The notes below the pieces were generated by a model that was not told where the DNA came from, did no database searches, and worked only from the letters and a program-made list of their open reading frames with translations. DNA of 64,000 bases from Chrysomallon squamiferum. Taxonomy: Eukaryota; Animalia; Mollusca. A program made the translations under genes and the position numbers. This document shows positions 14,971 through 27,390 of the stretch, piece after piece. Location of the stretch: NCBI GenBank assembly GCA_012295275.1, contig CM022670.1, positions 15,004,001-15,068,000 on the forward strand, read 5' to 3'. How positions within the stretch are numbered: the stretch's first letter is position 1; each line of letters starts with the position of its first letter.

Positions 14971-15414
14971 AATATTAATCAAAATTGAAAATTTCGCAAC
15001 CCCCAATAAATACAAATAAAAAATTAAAAAATAAAAATAAATATTTTAAAAAAAAAAACAAAATAACAAAAAAATAATTTTTTTTTTTTTAAAATAACAA
15101 AAAAATAATAAAAAAACCTATAACAACTCTAACTGATTTCAAACCGGATTTTCACAAAATTCACTTACATATTTGTATCATATTTTCATAATTTTACAAT
15201 TAATTATTTTTTATTTTTCTGCTTATTAATATAATTCAACATTATTTTATTATTATTACTATTATTTTATATTTCAAATATGACACAAGAACGAATTCAA
15301 CGAGAAGAAATTCATTTTAGTTTATAATCGATTAAAGGTGAGACTGAAAAAGCGACGGTTCAAAAACATCGGCGAGTAATTCACAAAAATGTTACCAAGC
15401 ATTATTCTGAGTCG

Positions 15415-15545
15415 TGCGCATGCGCTGTTGTTTCCTTCCTTGGGCGTTCGTTTTCGTTGTATAATGTTGTTACTTTAATGTCTGTGTCGCGTGTTTGTGT
15501 GTGATTGTAGGCAGTCGCTGGACAATTTTCGGTAGCTAGGTAAGT
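15415..15545 (+). promoter_or_regulatory. NRF1-motif promoter and candidate non-coding first exon
   Basis: TGCGCATGCGC (15415-15425) in a CpG-richer island, followed about 115 nt later by TAG|GTAAGT (GT at 15540). Confidence 0.45.
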
Positions 15546-16047
15546 GAAAATAATTTTTCTTTCATCAAAATAACATTAGATCCTAATATTTTAATACTTT
15601 TTCACTTTTATTGGATTATTTTTATTTTTATTTTTTACTTTTATTAATTTGTGGTATTTTTATTCTTTTTTGTCAAATCAGCTTTACTGTAACATTTTAG
15701 AAAAAAAAAAAAGGTTTCCTTGTTGACACTGCACTTTGTGTACACTGGGCTCGTCTGCTTCTTGCACTTGAAAATCTTAACTAAATGTACGTGCGAAAAT
15801 TTTAAAAAAGAAGAAAATTGAAAAGAGGTGCAGCTTAAAACTCCTAAAAAAAAAAAAAAAAAAAAAAAATAACAGTTTGTAATATTTCTAATTTTTTTTA
15901 TCCCTTTTAATAAAAAAAAAAAACAGTTTTTAATATTTCTAATTAGGTTGTCTTTTTTTTTTTTTATAATAAAAGATCTTCTTTTCTTCATTCTTCTTCT
16001 TCTTCTTCTTTAATAATATTAATAATAATAATAATAATAATAATAAT

Positions 16048-16083
<36 letters not shown>

Positions 16084-16670
16084 TTTGTAGGGTAGTAGAA
16101 GTAGTGGTAGTAGCAGTAGTAATAATAGTGATGGTGATAGTAGTAATAGCAGTAGCAGTAGTAGTAATATTGTTACTGTCATTGTTGTTGCTGTTTAATT
16201 ATTAAAGTGTTTCTAAATGTTCCATTCACTTTATTTGTATAAAATAACACACGTAACACAGATTACCTCCGCTCTTAAACTATATCTTTATCTAGTACAT
16301 TAAGAAGATATAATATGATACAGTAATAAATAAAGAAGACACAATAATATTACTGCATTTACTTTTTTATGGATGACAGTTTAATCGTAAACAACAGACA
16401 TATAATGTGAAAGTTAGTCTGTAATATACTGTGATCTGTCACATGTATATTAATATGTTGATGATCATTTACAGCTAAATACGCTTCTTTGTTTTATTTT
16501 CTATCTGAACGCTCACTTAAAACTTGATGTTCATAACGTAAGAAATAGAAAATGATTTTACAGATTGTTAAATATGAATATCAACTTATAATAACATTCT
16601 ATAACTTTTAATCCATGACAACTGGGTCTGGCTTTCCTATTCGAGTCTATAATATACGTTGTCTGTGTCT

Positions 16671-16720
16671 CAACGTCACGTCAGTTGGTGACGTTGATTG
16701 GTGGTTTCACAGCCAATGAG
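16671..16720. promoter_or_regulatory. CRE/ATF half-sites plus two opposed CCAAT boxes
   Basis: caacgtcac-gtcagttg-gtgacgttg palindrome, then ATTGG and GCCAATGAG. Confidence 0.35.
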
Positions 16721-19700
16721 AAAACGGAGTTCATAATCAAACGTTCTCCTTACGTCTACTCGAAATTAGCTCATCGCAGAAGAGAGATGAGTCAATTACT
16801 GATATTTCTAGAATGTTCATCAAGCCAAAGAGGGATTTCTGTTTGTTACTTTTTAAAGCACTGAGATAAAACTGTTATCTTGGGTGTATAATGCGTGGTT
16901 CTGTTCAAGTCGCAAAAGCTGGTAACCCGAAATATTTTGCAGCTCACGATATTTTGTAACTCGCAATATCTTGTACCTCGAAATATTTTGTAACTGTAAA
17001 TGCGATACATTTCGTTTTCTGGACATACCATTTTTCATATCTCATACTTTTTCTGGCATACATATCAGATTGCATAAATCCAAAACATTTATAAAGCTCT
17101 AAACCAAGTTTATAAGTAAACCGTCGTAATTCAATTCAGTATTTCTGGAGATCTTTATTCTGTTATGCTTAAAACTGTTTGTAAACCAGATTTTGTCTAA
17201 TCTCGATTTCTGACACTTCTTATAAAATAACATGCTGGGACTACTCGTAAATTTTACTCATCAACAACAACGTCAAGATAAGAAATCCAAAACATTTTCA
17301 AATAATGTTGGCTCTTTGAAGGTTTAATTTTTGAAACTATTAATAACGCTTGAATAATATACTTAGATCAAATATTTTCTTATTGGTATCTGTTGTTATC
17401 AAGGTACGTAGTCGTTTTGTGAAAAAAAATCTTCAGATACTTAAAGTATACGGCTTATTGCATTTATGTGTTCTTGTATTTGATATGGTTCACGCTAGGT
17501 GGGACAAAAGGACTTTCCATGTTCTCTACACCATCGCTAAGTAGTAGAATATCAGTTTATCCAACTCCTATTAGAATACAAATTGAAATTAATCGACATA
17601 CTTTATAGAATAACCGACATTCACGTCAGACTATAAGTATTTGTTTTGGGATTTTTCCAAGTTATGAATTTCAAGATCCGTAACTGTTTATGAAATCTGT
17701 ACACACTGGCGCACTTTCTAAACCAGTACGTTTGGACGCTGCCAATATAATCTGGTTGAGACAGCGTATTTATATAAAACTGCTGATAGAGAGATGAGTT
17801 TGGGAGGCCTCACATCACGCAAGTTCACGGACGCATTTGTTTTCCTTACCAATCAACATCTGGTAAAAAAAAAAAAAAAAAGGATTATTGTATGTATACA
17901 GATTCGTCGCTCGACTCAGCAGCGTGATAATTTTAAATGACAGAGAAGAACACGGGTTTATCTCACGTTAGAGATCGCTCTAACAACTTTCCAATGGCGC
18001 AAACACAATGGGCGATCTACGCACGTCAACCCGGTCACGATCGCTTTGTTCGTAACCGTCTATTACTCAAAAACTGATATTTGCTACGTAGGTAAACATC
18101 TTGAGTGAATGAAGCTGTTTTTACGGCAGACAAAACAAACAAATAAACAAGAAAACAGATAAATACCCCAAGAAAAGCAAAAGGTTACAGTTTCCGTCGT
18201 TTAATCCGTAGATGACGGCGGTCAGGTGATTAAGAGGTCGTAAGATCACGTGATAATATTTCATTTTTACTTCACGTTTTATTTTGGGTGACTTTCAGTT
18301 ACAATAAACAACTATTTTTTTTAGAAACTTTGGCATGTTCAGTTATACATACATAACATACAAACTCACACACAAACAAACAAACTTATCAGTACGTTTA
18401 ATGTTAAAAGAGAAAAGTTATCAGGAACATCGATAAATTAACACAAACAGTTGGTTTGCTTACATGGGAATGAATTTAATATAGATCAGTTAAGATAAGT
18501 TGTTTTTTTACATAATGAAGGATTTTTTAAAACTTAGATATTACTTATTGTTTATATAAAATAATAATTTCAATGTACACGTATATATATATGTATGATT
18601 ATTCAGAATTTTTAAATAAAAAATTCTGAAGTTTTACACAGTTCATACTGATGATATTTTTATAAGTTTAATAAATTTGTTTAAAGTTCACACTATGCGT
18701 TACGATGCAATCGCACAACAACGAAGCAATGAATGTCAACTTGTTTTTTTCCATGGCCAACTTTGCGCCTTGGCATTTCAGAAAGAAGGCGGTGCTCTCT
18801 CTGTTTGTTTTCAAACGACAAAACACACACGATGGTTATATTGAACAAAACAAAACCTTCAGAGGTCTAAACAAACACCCCACTGGCCCATTGACCGGAA
18901 TACAACAGACCCAAAGCAGTTGACCATACAGGAAATAATACTGATTTAATTTTAGTATTTTACACAGTCACGATATTTGCTCTTACTACGTTTGTCAGTA
19001 AGTTTCAAGATTTTTCTGTTACAAAAGTTACACACAATTAGAGAAGAAATATCAAAGAAAACGGCAACTTTAATTGACCAAACTTTGTTATTTCAGTAAC
19101 CGATCTCCGATGTCTTACTTTTCTTTGCACATTTGTGTGGACCTTTTTCTGATTAATTTCGGCCATTACTGGCTTGTCAAAAAATTCTTTTTATTCATAA
19201 AACTCGTTGACCGACTACAACTTGTGCAAATGACGACAGAAAAAAAGAAAAAAAAAAAGGAATGCGAGATTCCTCTCCTAGTGTGTTTATAACACGTGTA
19301 CTCTAAGATGTACTTTGTCCCAGACAAGACGACAGATTCCAATCTAAACATATCAAACTTGATAGGAATTTAACGCCACGCTTCGTTTACTTAGCTAACC
19401 GCAGTCGTCAAAAGACGAAATCACCGCGTATCAAACTCGTATCAAAGTGGACATAAGACATTTGTATGATACTAACTAACTATTATTATTATTTTCTTTT
19501 CATTTTTATGACTTCTTCTTTATTTTCTATTCATCCATCCATCCGTCCATCATTCATCCAAATCTTCAATTTCTTTCTTCTTTTTCTTTTTCAATTACAG
19601 AGTAACATGTCTTTTTTCATATTCTTAATTTCTAGACTTTCCGAGAATGTATATTTATTTATTTATTTATTTTTAAAGTAAAATACACATGAAAGTAACA

Positions 19701-19893
19701 TATTCATGGTAAAACTAAAATGTAGGTTTTCAACATTTATTTAATTTTACATAATAAATATCTTTTATTTTATAACTTCTGAACAACGTCATATGATATA
19801 ATAGAACTTTTGTTATTATTATTTTTTTTTTGAGGGGAACATATTCACTGAATCAAGAAAAAAATCAGAAACAAAAAAAAACAATAATAATAA

Positions 19894-19943
<50 letters not shown>

Positions 19944-20539
19944 CGGCGATGATGATAACTGTATTATTTAGAGTACCACAATAACTAATTAATTAACTAA
20001 ATAAAATAAAATAACTATATAAAGAATTATATAAAAAAAAAAAAAAAAAAAACTAAATAAACAAACAAAAAACAAAAAAAAAAAAAAATAGTAGGCTACA
20101 AACGCTCGCGTCTGTTCAGACTTGACACTGGTGGTAATTCGAAGGACGAAATCGTCCTGTGTTTGAGCGTGGTTTACACCTCCTAAACAAACACACACTA
20201 CGACACAACCCACACTGGCCTTCTTTCGCCGTCCACGTACTTAGATCTCGTCTTCAAACTGAACACACAATTGTCTTTAACAGTGTCTGACTGTTTCACA
20301 GGTCATTCACAGCACTGGTCCCCGGGACTGCTGCTTCGTTTTGTGGCTTTTGTCAGTTCAAAGTTTTGACAAAACGGGGTAGAGGAAGTTTCTGCGAGGT
20401 AAAAGTTTCCCCGCCCCATTCGCAAAGCAAATGTTTTTTACTCAAAGTAATTATCGGTTAAGGAGTGTTCCGAATAAGAAAAAAAAAAGCCAAAAAAAAA
20501 GAACAAAAAAAAAATAAAGCGTTGATAGAAAGTAGAGCT

Positions 20540-20860
20540 AATGCAGATCTATTATTGATTACAGTAAATAAAACGTTTGAGTAGATCTTTTACAGATTGT
20601 AAATGTTGAGTAGATTTATTACAGATTAAAAAAAAATGTTGAGTAGATTTATTATAGTGATGTAAAAAAAATGTTGAGTAGATTTATTAGAGATTATTGT
20701 GTAGCAAATAAAACTTTGAGTAGATCTATTAGAGATTACTGTGCGGTAAATAAAACGTTGAGTAGATCTCACGCATATTACAGTGCAGTAAATAAAAGAT
20801 TGAATAGATCTAATGCACATTACAGTGCAGTATATAAAATGTTCAGTAGATTTATCACAA
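20540..20860. repeat. 42-bp minisatellite (gtaaataaaacgttgagtagatctattagagattact...), about 8 diverged copies
   Basis: agtagat core at 20677, 20719, 20761, 20803 and 20845 (42-bp spacing). Confidence 0.85.
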
Positions 20861-21734
20861 ATTTCTGTGTATTTTTCTCAAAAGTTAGATATTATGTTTG
20901 CTCTTTCTGATCTGATAGCTAATTTTTTTTTTTTTTTTTTTTTCTTCGCTTCTTTCACATAAATATTATAGTTCTGTTTTACGTCACATCGGCGGTTTCG
21001 GATATTTCTTAACTATCAGATCTTTAATTTATTATTATTATTATTTTTTATATATATTTTTTAAAACAAAATATCGCTTTGTGACTGATTTATCTGTTAA
21101 AATACATATCATATGGACTACGTAAATTTCATTAGTTAAAGTTTTGTCGTAAAATCATGTACAATTTTGCATTTGCATTTTTCTCATTCCCGTGCTCTGA
21201 ACTGCTGAATTACACAAAAACCTGTGTATGGCACTGTGCAGTCTCCACCCATGGCAGGCAACAATGGCACACATAACAATGTCGTGCGTTTAATTGGTCC
21301 ACAATGCTGTTAATCTCCACCATGCCGCTCACTGGCTGCCGAAGTAATGCAGTCACTTCCCGTCCCCGTAAACTCACAAAAGTGTGCAAGAATTTTAATA
21401 TTTCCCATATAGTAAACAATTTTCATACCTAAACGATTGTCGACCTTGGTCGTCATGGCGATGACCTATGAACGGAGGCATGATTATGCAAAACAATGCA
21501 TACGTGAATTTTGAATTATAAATTGAAATATCTGGAGTAGTTTTGTTTTAATAGACAATTTATTTAAATATCTGCAAGTAGACAAACCACTGTTAAAGAA
21601 CAATTACTTTGAAATTAGAAAATAATTTTTAAATTTTATTTCAGGATGATATAAACTCACATGTATGTATTTCTATAATTAGAAGAAGAGCAAAGATTCG
21701 TAGATGCATTCCTAAAACGCGAGTATTTTCATAC

Positions 21735-21770
<36 letters not shown>

Positions 21771-23196
21771 GTACATATCTGACTGCCTATTCACCTACAT
21801 ATTCATGTACACACATATATACATGAATATATACTTACCTACTTACCTAAATATATATATATATATATACTCACACACACAAAATTAATTTTGATAATTA
21901 CTTACATACACACATATATACATGCATATATACTTAACTACTTGCTTAAAAATATATATATATACTCACACACACACAAAATTAATTTTGATTCATACTT
22001 ACATACACACATACAAAGATATACACTTACCAACTTACTTATAAATTTATCTTGCTGGCTGAGTTGTATCTTCGTGCGCCTTCTGGGTGCGGGTGAACGA
22101 CGTTTGTGAGGTCGTGATTGAACTTCGTCTTCTTGTGTCAGTACCTCGCCGAATAGTTTTATGTGCGGAGTCTATGAATCATACATACTTAATTATAGCT
22201 GTCCAGAGTCTAAGCTACATTACAGATCCTCACAAAACATATCATACAGTAATTAATGTACTTACTATCAGAGAAGACAAATGAATATGAATTAAAATTT
22301 CTTGCACCATTATTCTAATTTGGTTATTTTTTTAATTCTAATTTTAAGAAATAATCTAATCTTTGTGCAAGTATGCTTCATGTACATAAATTTTGTCGGT
22401 GTTTATTTTAATGACTGTTATGGAAGAGGTTTATTGTGAATAACTAGGAGTGGTCCAGAAATCTAAAGTTTTGTTATGTGAAGTGTTTGTCTAGGTCTAA
22501 TTACGTAAATATGTAGATATGTTATTACTTGTTTTTATTTGTTTCAAAACAAATGATCATTCTCCATTGTTATTAAAAAGAAAAGTAATGTTATTGTTGC
22601 GGAATATCTATAAACACACAAACACACGCGCGCGCGCGCGCTCACATAATGAAATAATATGTGTATATGTGTGTGTGTGTGTATGTGTGTTTGTGTGTAT
22701 GAGTGTGTGTGTGTGTACGCAGACAAATGAAAAGTTTGGGTATAATATGCTCGTTTCCCTCAAAGAACACGAACAGCGTTTCATTCAGATTTCTTTTAAC
22801 CCTCTTTCAACAAATACAATTAATTTTCTTTAATATTTATATCCAAGCTTATTACGATCAATAATAGATGTTCAAACGCTATTCACGAATCTCTTATAGC
22901 TGTGTTTGAATTCACATAGACTTGTGCAGCAAGAAGCAGCTCTTAGCTTCGGGTTTTTCGGTGTAAATATTTGCACAGTTGAAATTCGCGTGTAATATGG
23001 GGACAAAAATCTCTGACCTGAACATCGTGCCCTACACGGGATAAAAGCTCCATCAGCGCTGTGTTTTGTGTGTGGACTAGAGTCGCTGAGACAGAAACTT
23101 GTTACTGGACAGAAGTGAACGAAGTCTGTAAGATAGAAGAAGGCGTGTGTGTGTGCATGAATGTTCTTTGTCTGAAGCAATGTCATGTCTCATAGT

Positions 23197-23227
<31 letters not shown>

Positions 23228-23799
23228 TGTGTACTTAGATCAACAAATAATGCTGTCTTCAGCAGTTTGACCTTTTAGAGATAAAAATATGAACTAAGCG
23301 TACTGTATGACTTACTGATCTTTTTACATATGTACTTATGCTCAAACATGTATAAACACACACACACACAGCACATTTCCACAATAACTTCAAAACGAAA
23401 ATAAAATAAATAAGTAAGTAAGTAAGCAAATATATAAATGTAAAACACCAATGAAAGAATCATTCGCGATGCAAGCAATGTTTATCAGGAATGCACGAAA
23501 TTCTTGCAGACTTGACAATGGCGATAGCTCGAAAGACTAATTACAAAGACGTGTTTGTGCCGAGCAGGTAGGCGTCACACTGGAAAGCAGGTTCAGATAC
23601 AGATTAAAAAGAAAGGACAGAGCAAGACTGTAAAATACGTTGTCACACAGTTAGAAAAAAAATGTGCATTCTTTAAGGGGAAAAAACATGCCTTTTGTAA
23701 GGTTAACAGATTATAAAGTAAATAGAGAAGTTAAAAAAATTAACAAACAAGTAATTACATTGTAAAGAAATGTAACAGGCAGGTTGTAAAGTGAAGTAT

Positions 23800-24890
23800 C
23801 AGGAAGACTGTAAAGTAAAGAAACAGCAAAATTGTAGAGGAAACAAATATAAAAGTATAAGGTAAACAAACAGACAGGAAGGCTGTAATGTAACAAACAG
23901 GAAGGCTGTAATGTAACAAACAGGAAGGCTGCAAAGTAAACAAACAGGAAGGTTGTAAAGTAAACAAACAGGAAGGTTGTAAACGAAAAAAAGAGGAAAG
24001 TTGTACAGTAAACAGACATGGAACTGTAGAGTAAACAAGCATGAAGGCTGTAAGGTAAACAAACAGGAAGGCTGTAAGGTAAACAAACAGGAAGAATGTA
24101 AGGTAAACAAACAGGAAGGTTGTAAGGTAAACAAAGAGGAAGAATGTAAGGTAAACAAACAGGAAGGTTGTAAAGTAAGCAGACAGCAAGGCTATAAGGT
24201 AAACAAACAGGAAGGTTGTAAAGTAAACAGACAGAAGGGTTGTAAGGTAAACAAACAGGAAGGTTGTAAGGTAAACAAACAGGCAGGAAGGCTGTAATGT
24301 AAACAAACAGGAAGGCTGCAAAGTAAACAAACAGGAAGGTTGTAAAGTAAACAAACAGGAAGGTTGTAAACGAAAAAAAGACGAACGTTGTACAGTAAAC
24401 AGACATGGAACTGTAGAGTAAACAAGCATGAAGGCTGTAAAGTAAACAAGGCTGTAAGGTAAACAAACAGGAGTGTTGTAAAGTAAGCAGACAAACAGAC
24501 AGGAAGGCTGTACGGTAAACAAACAGGAAGGTTGTAAAGTAAACAGACAGAAGGGTTGTAAGATAAACAAACAGGAAGGCTGTAAGGTAAACAAACAGGA
24601 AGGATGTAAGGTAAACAAACAGGAAGGTTGTAAAGTAAGCAGACAACAAGGCTATAAGGTAACCAAACAGGAAGGTTGTAAAAGTAAACAGACAGAAGGG
24701 TTGTAAGGTAAACAAACAGAAGGGTTGTAAGGTAAGCAGACAGCAAGGCTATAAGGTAAACAAACAGGAAGGTTGTAAAGTAAACAGACAGAAGGGTTGT
24801 AAGGTAAACAAACAGGAAGGTTGTAAGGTAAACAAACAGGAAGGCTGTAAGGTAAACAAACAGGAAGGTTGTAAAGTAAATATATAGGAA
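23800..24890. repeat. 24-bp minisatellite (gtaaacaaacaggaaggYtgtaaR), about 45 copies with an internal higher-order duplication
   Basis: 8-aa periodic ORFs (EGCKVNKQ). The variant block aaacgaaaaaaaga...gttgtacagtaaacagacatggaactgtagag occurs at both about 23981 and about 24368. Confidence 0.95.
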
Positions 24891-25738
24891 GCTTTTAATT
24901 CAAACAAGTAAAGAGGTCTAAAAATAATAAATAAATTTAAAATGTCTAAAAGACTGTAAAGTAGTTAAGTACGCTGTAATGTCCAGAAGTACGTGGCAAT
25001 GTAAACAAATAGTCAGATTTTATAAGTAACGAATACGACGCATTTTAGCCAGAGAGTTGTTATAAAGTTGATTAAGAATAAGAGAGTAATACAAGAGGGA
25101 AGTGGTTGATAAAACTGGATAGACTGTGCTATCAGTAGACAGGAAGGCTATATTTATCTCTAAGCACATATCACCTGTTTAATATTATGTTATTAATACA
25201 CGTGCAGAACATGTAAAATCTGAAAATGCCTAACCACGCCCGCTGATGACATTCATACTAATTCTGGTAAGAGCTGATATCTTTCAGATGCTTTAATGAA
25301 AGCTCATCAATCCTGAAACATTCTCAGAGCACTTATAATTACATAAAAGTCTAGAGCGTTCTCTAAATACCTGTATTCCAGTCAGAAGATTAGACTGTCC
25401 ACGACGGAATAATATGAACCCAATATTTTAAACCATTTTTGCCACGTGTTTGATGCACCTTTGAAACATTAACTGTGTTAAAACAGGTTTTAGCAGTCAG
25501 TGACATTTGTCACATATTAACGTAAGTAATTTGCTCCCTAATGACATTGTAATGTATAAAATTCGGATATTAGTTATTTTTTTATATGCTGTCGTAGGAC
25601 GCTGTATACGAAGGGTATCTGAATGTTCGCACCAAGGTGAAACCATATTTTTATACATCGACCATATTATATTTTTTTATAGTGTAACGTATCATTCCCA
25701 CACAATAACTCCGCCTTGCATCCTATTTTAATAGGATT

Positions 25739-25741
<3 letters not shown>

Positions 25742-25829
<88 letters not shown>
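25742..25829. repeat. (CA)n microsatellite
   Basis: Perfect CA run. Confidence 0.97.
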
Positions 25830-25832
<3 letters not shown>

Positions 25833-27022
25833 GTATGTATATGTATGTGTGTGTGTGTCTGATTAAAAACAGAAAAACTACTGAATAATACTTGAAAAGC
25901 TAATCATGTAAGCCTGGTAAGAATAGAATAAACCCATTTTGTAACTAAAACTGGAAACAGAATAATAGTGATATAATGCTTTTTTTTTAAAATTGATTTA
26001 ATGATGGGAGTGTATGGTTTATTGATACGAGTATGTCCCTTGGTTTGCAAACTTTTTTTGTATAATGTGGGAACTCTAAATTTTAAAGATCGGTTTCTTT
26101 CTTTTACCTTTTAACCTACACATTTAAGCAAAGCTGCAAGGTTTGCAGAAAGAGAAAATTTAAAGACATCAGAACTCTTTTCTTTTTCTTTTACATTCCT
26201 TTTTCACTTTATTTTTATTTCTTTGTCCTGTCCATGTTGCGTACACTAATACAAACAGATTTCAAGAGGTGTTCCAAAGAAAACACCGGCCTCAACCAGA
26301 TTAGACGCAACTCGCCGATTACATCCGGGAAATTTATATAAAAAAACAACAAAGTACTCGTATGACCGACAGACAGTGCAGTGGGCCCTTTAAACAGCCC
26401 GGGGTTGCACTTCACAACAAATCATATTGCACACGACCCATTAATATCGCACCGTGATGCATACACCTTATCGGAAGTAGGCACACGACAAAACGAGGGC
26501 GGGTCTGAGTATGGTGTATGAGGCGTGTTGCCTTCTATGGTCAAGTTATGTGAGTTTTAACGCAACACGATGCTTTTGAATCCCGGCTTAAACTGGAATG
26601 AATAAAAAAAAAACTGTTGTATTTGCTTCAGTTGAATTTTAATAAAGCCGTGAATTTCAGTGACAAAATCGCATTTTATCTCATTCACTGCTACTGTTAA
26701 TATTTATTTTATTTATTTAAAATAACAATTTCATTAATGTTTCAAAAATGGATTGCCGGCCAATACATTGTTTTTGAAGCAGAAACAATAATCAATCTAA
26801 TTTGATGCAATTTTCTAAACAAATGTATTTTATTTTCCAAAAATAACAACTGTATTCATATTTTTAATAAATTAAAATCTAGCTTCTTAAACAATTTTTT
26901 TTTCCTCTATCGTTTAATAAAAATCAGTTATTCTTCTGCGTTTTCGTTTTTGCTTAATCAACACAACAGTCATTATAAACTTTTTCACGTCTCAGCAATA
27001 CGTTGCAGTTTTTGATCACACT

Positions 27023-27390
27023 TATAAACCTGGCGTCACGCGTCATATGCGCTCCTTCGCGCAACTGTAACGTTGGACCCGCTATTACACAGTAAGCAAT
27101 GGACGCGTCCCTCTGCAGTAGGCAAGACAGTAAAGTGTTCAGTGCAGCAGCAGAGAAGTCATCACCCCTGACATGTGTCAATGGAAATGGCCAAACTAGT
27201 CGTCTGTTCAAATCGCTGAATCTTCAATATTCTGCGTTTTCTTGCTCGAACGGTTTATCTACGATATCGCTGGCGAAATTGATTAAAGTAAATTACAAAT
27301 ATTTGTTTAATGAATCATAAATATAATTTAGCTGGATATATTAATGATTGAAAATATTATAATATTCTGAGGAAAATTTAAAAGGTAAGT
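27023..27390 (+). promoter_or_regulatory. Candidate TATA promoter and 5' non-coding exon
   Basis: TATAAA at 27023, CpG-rich segment after it, perfect AAG|GTAAGT donor (GT at 27385). Confidence 0.3.

Noticed and set aside
23711-24746. ORFs of 334/287/184 aa and a CRISPR-like regular repeat appearance
   Set aside because: 24-bp tandem minisatellite without unique spacers; eukaryotic context and no cas genes.
25244-25317. C/D box snoRNA-like pattern (CTGATGA...CTGA...TAATGA...CTGA)
   Set aside because: The C box lacks the purine, there is no terminal stem, and the putative guide matches recalled rRNA sequence only with a bulge. snoscan or Infernal would be needed.
27099-27320. 73-aa ORF MDASLCSRQ...
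   Set aside because: No recognisable domain; at most a uORF within a candidate UTR exon.
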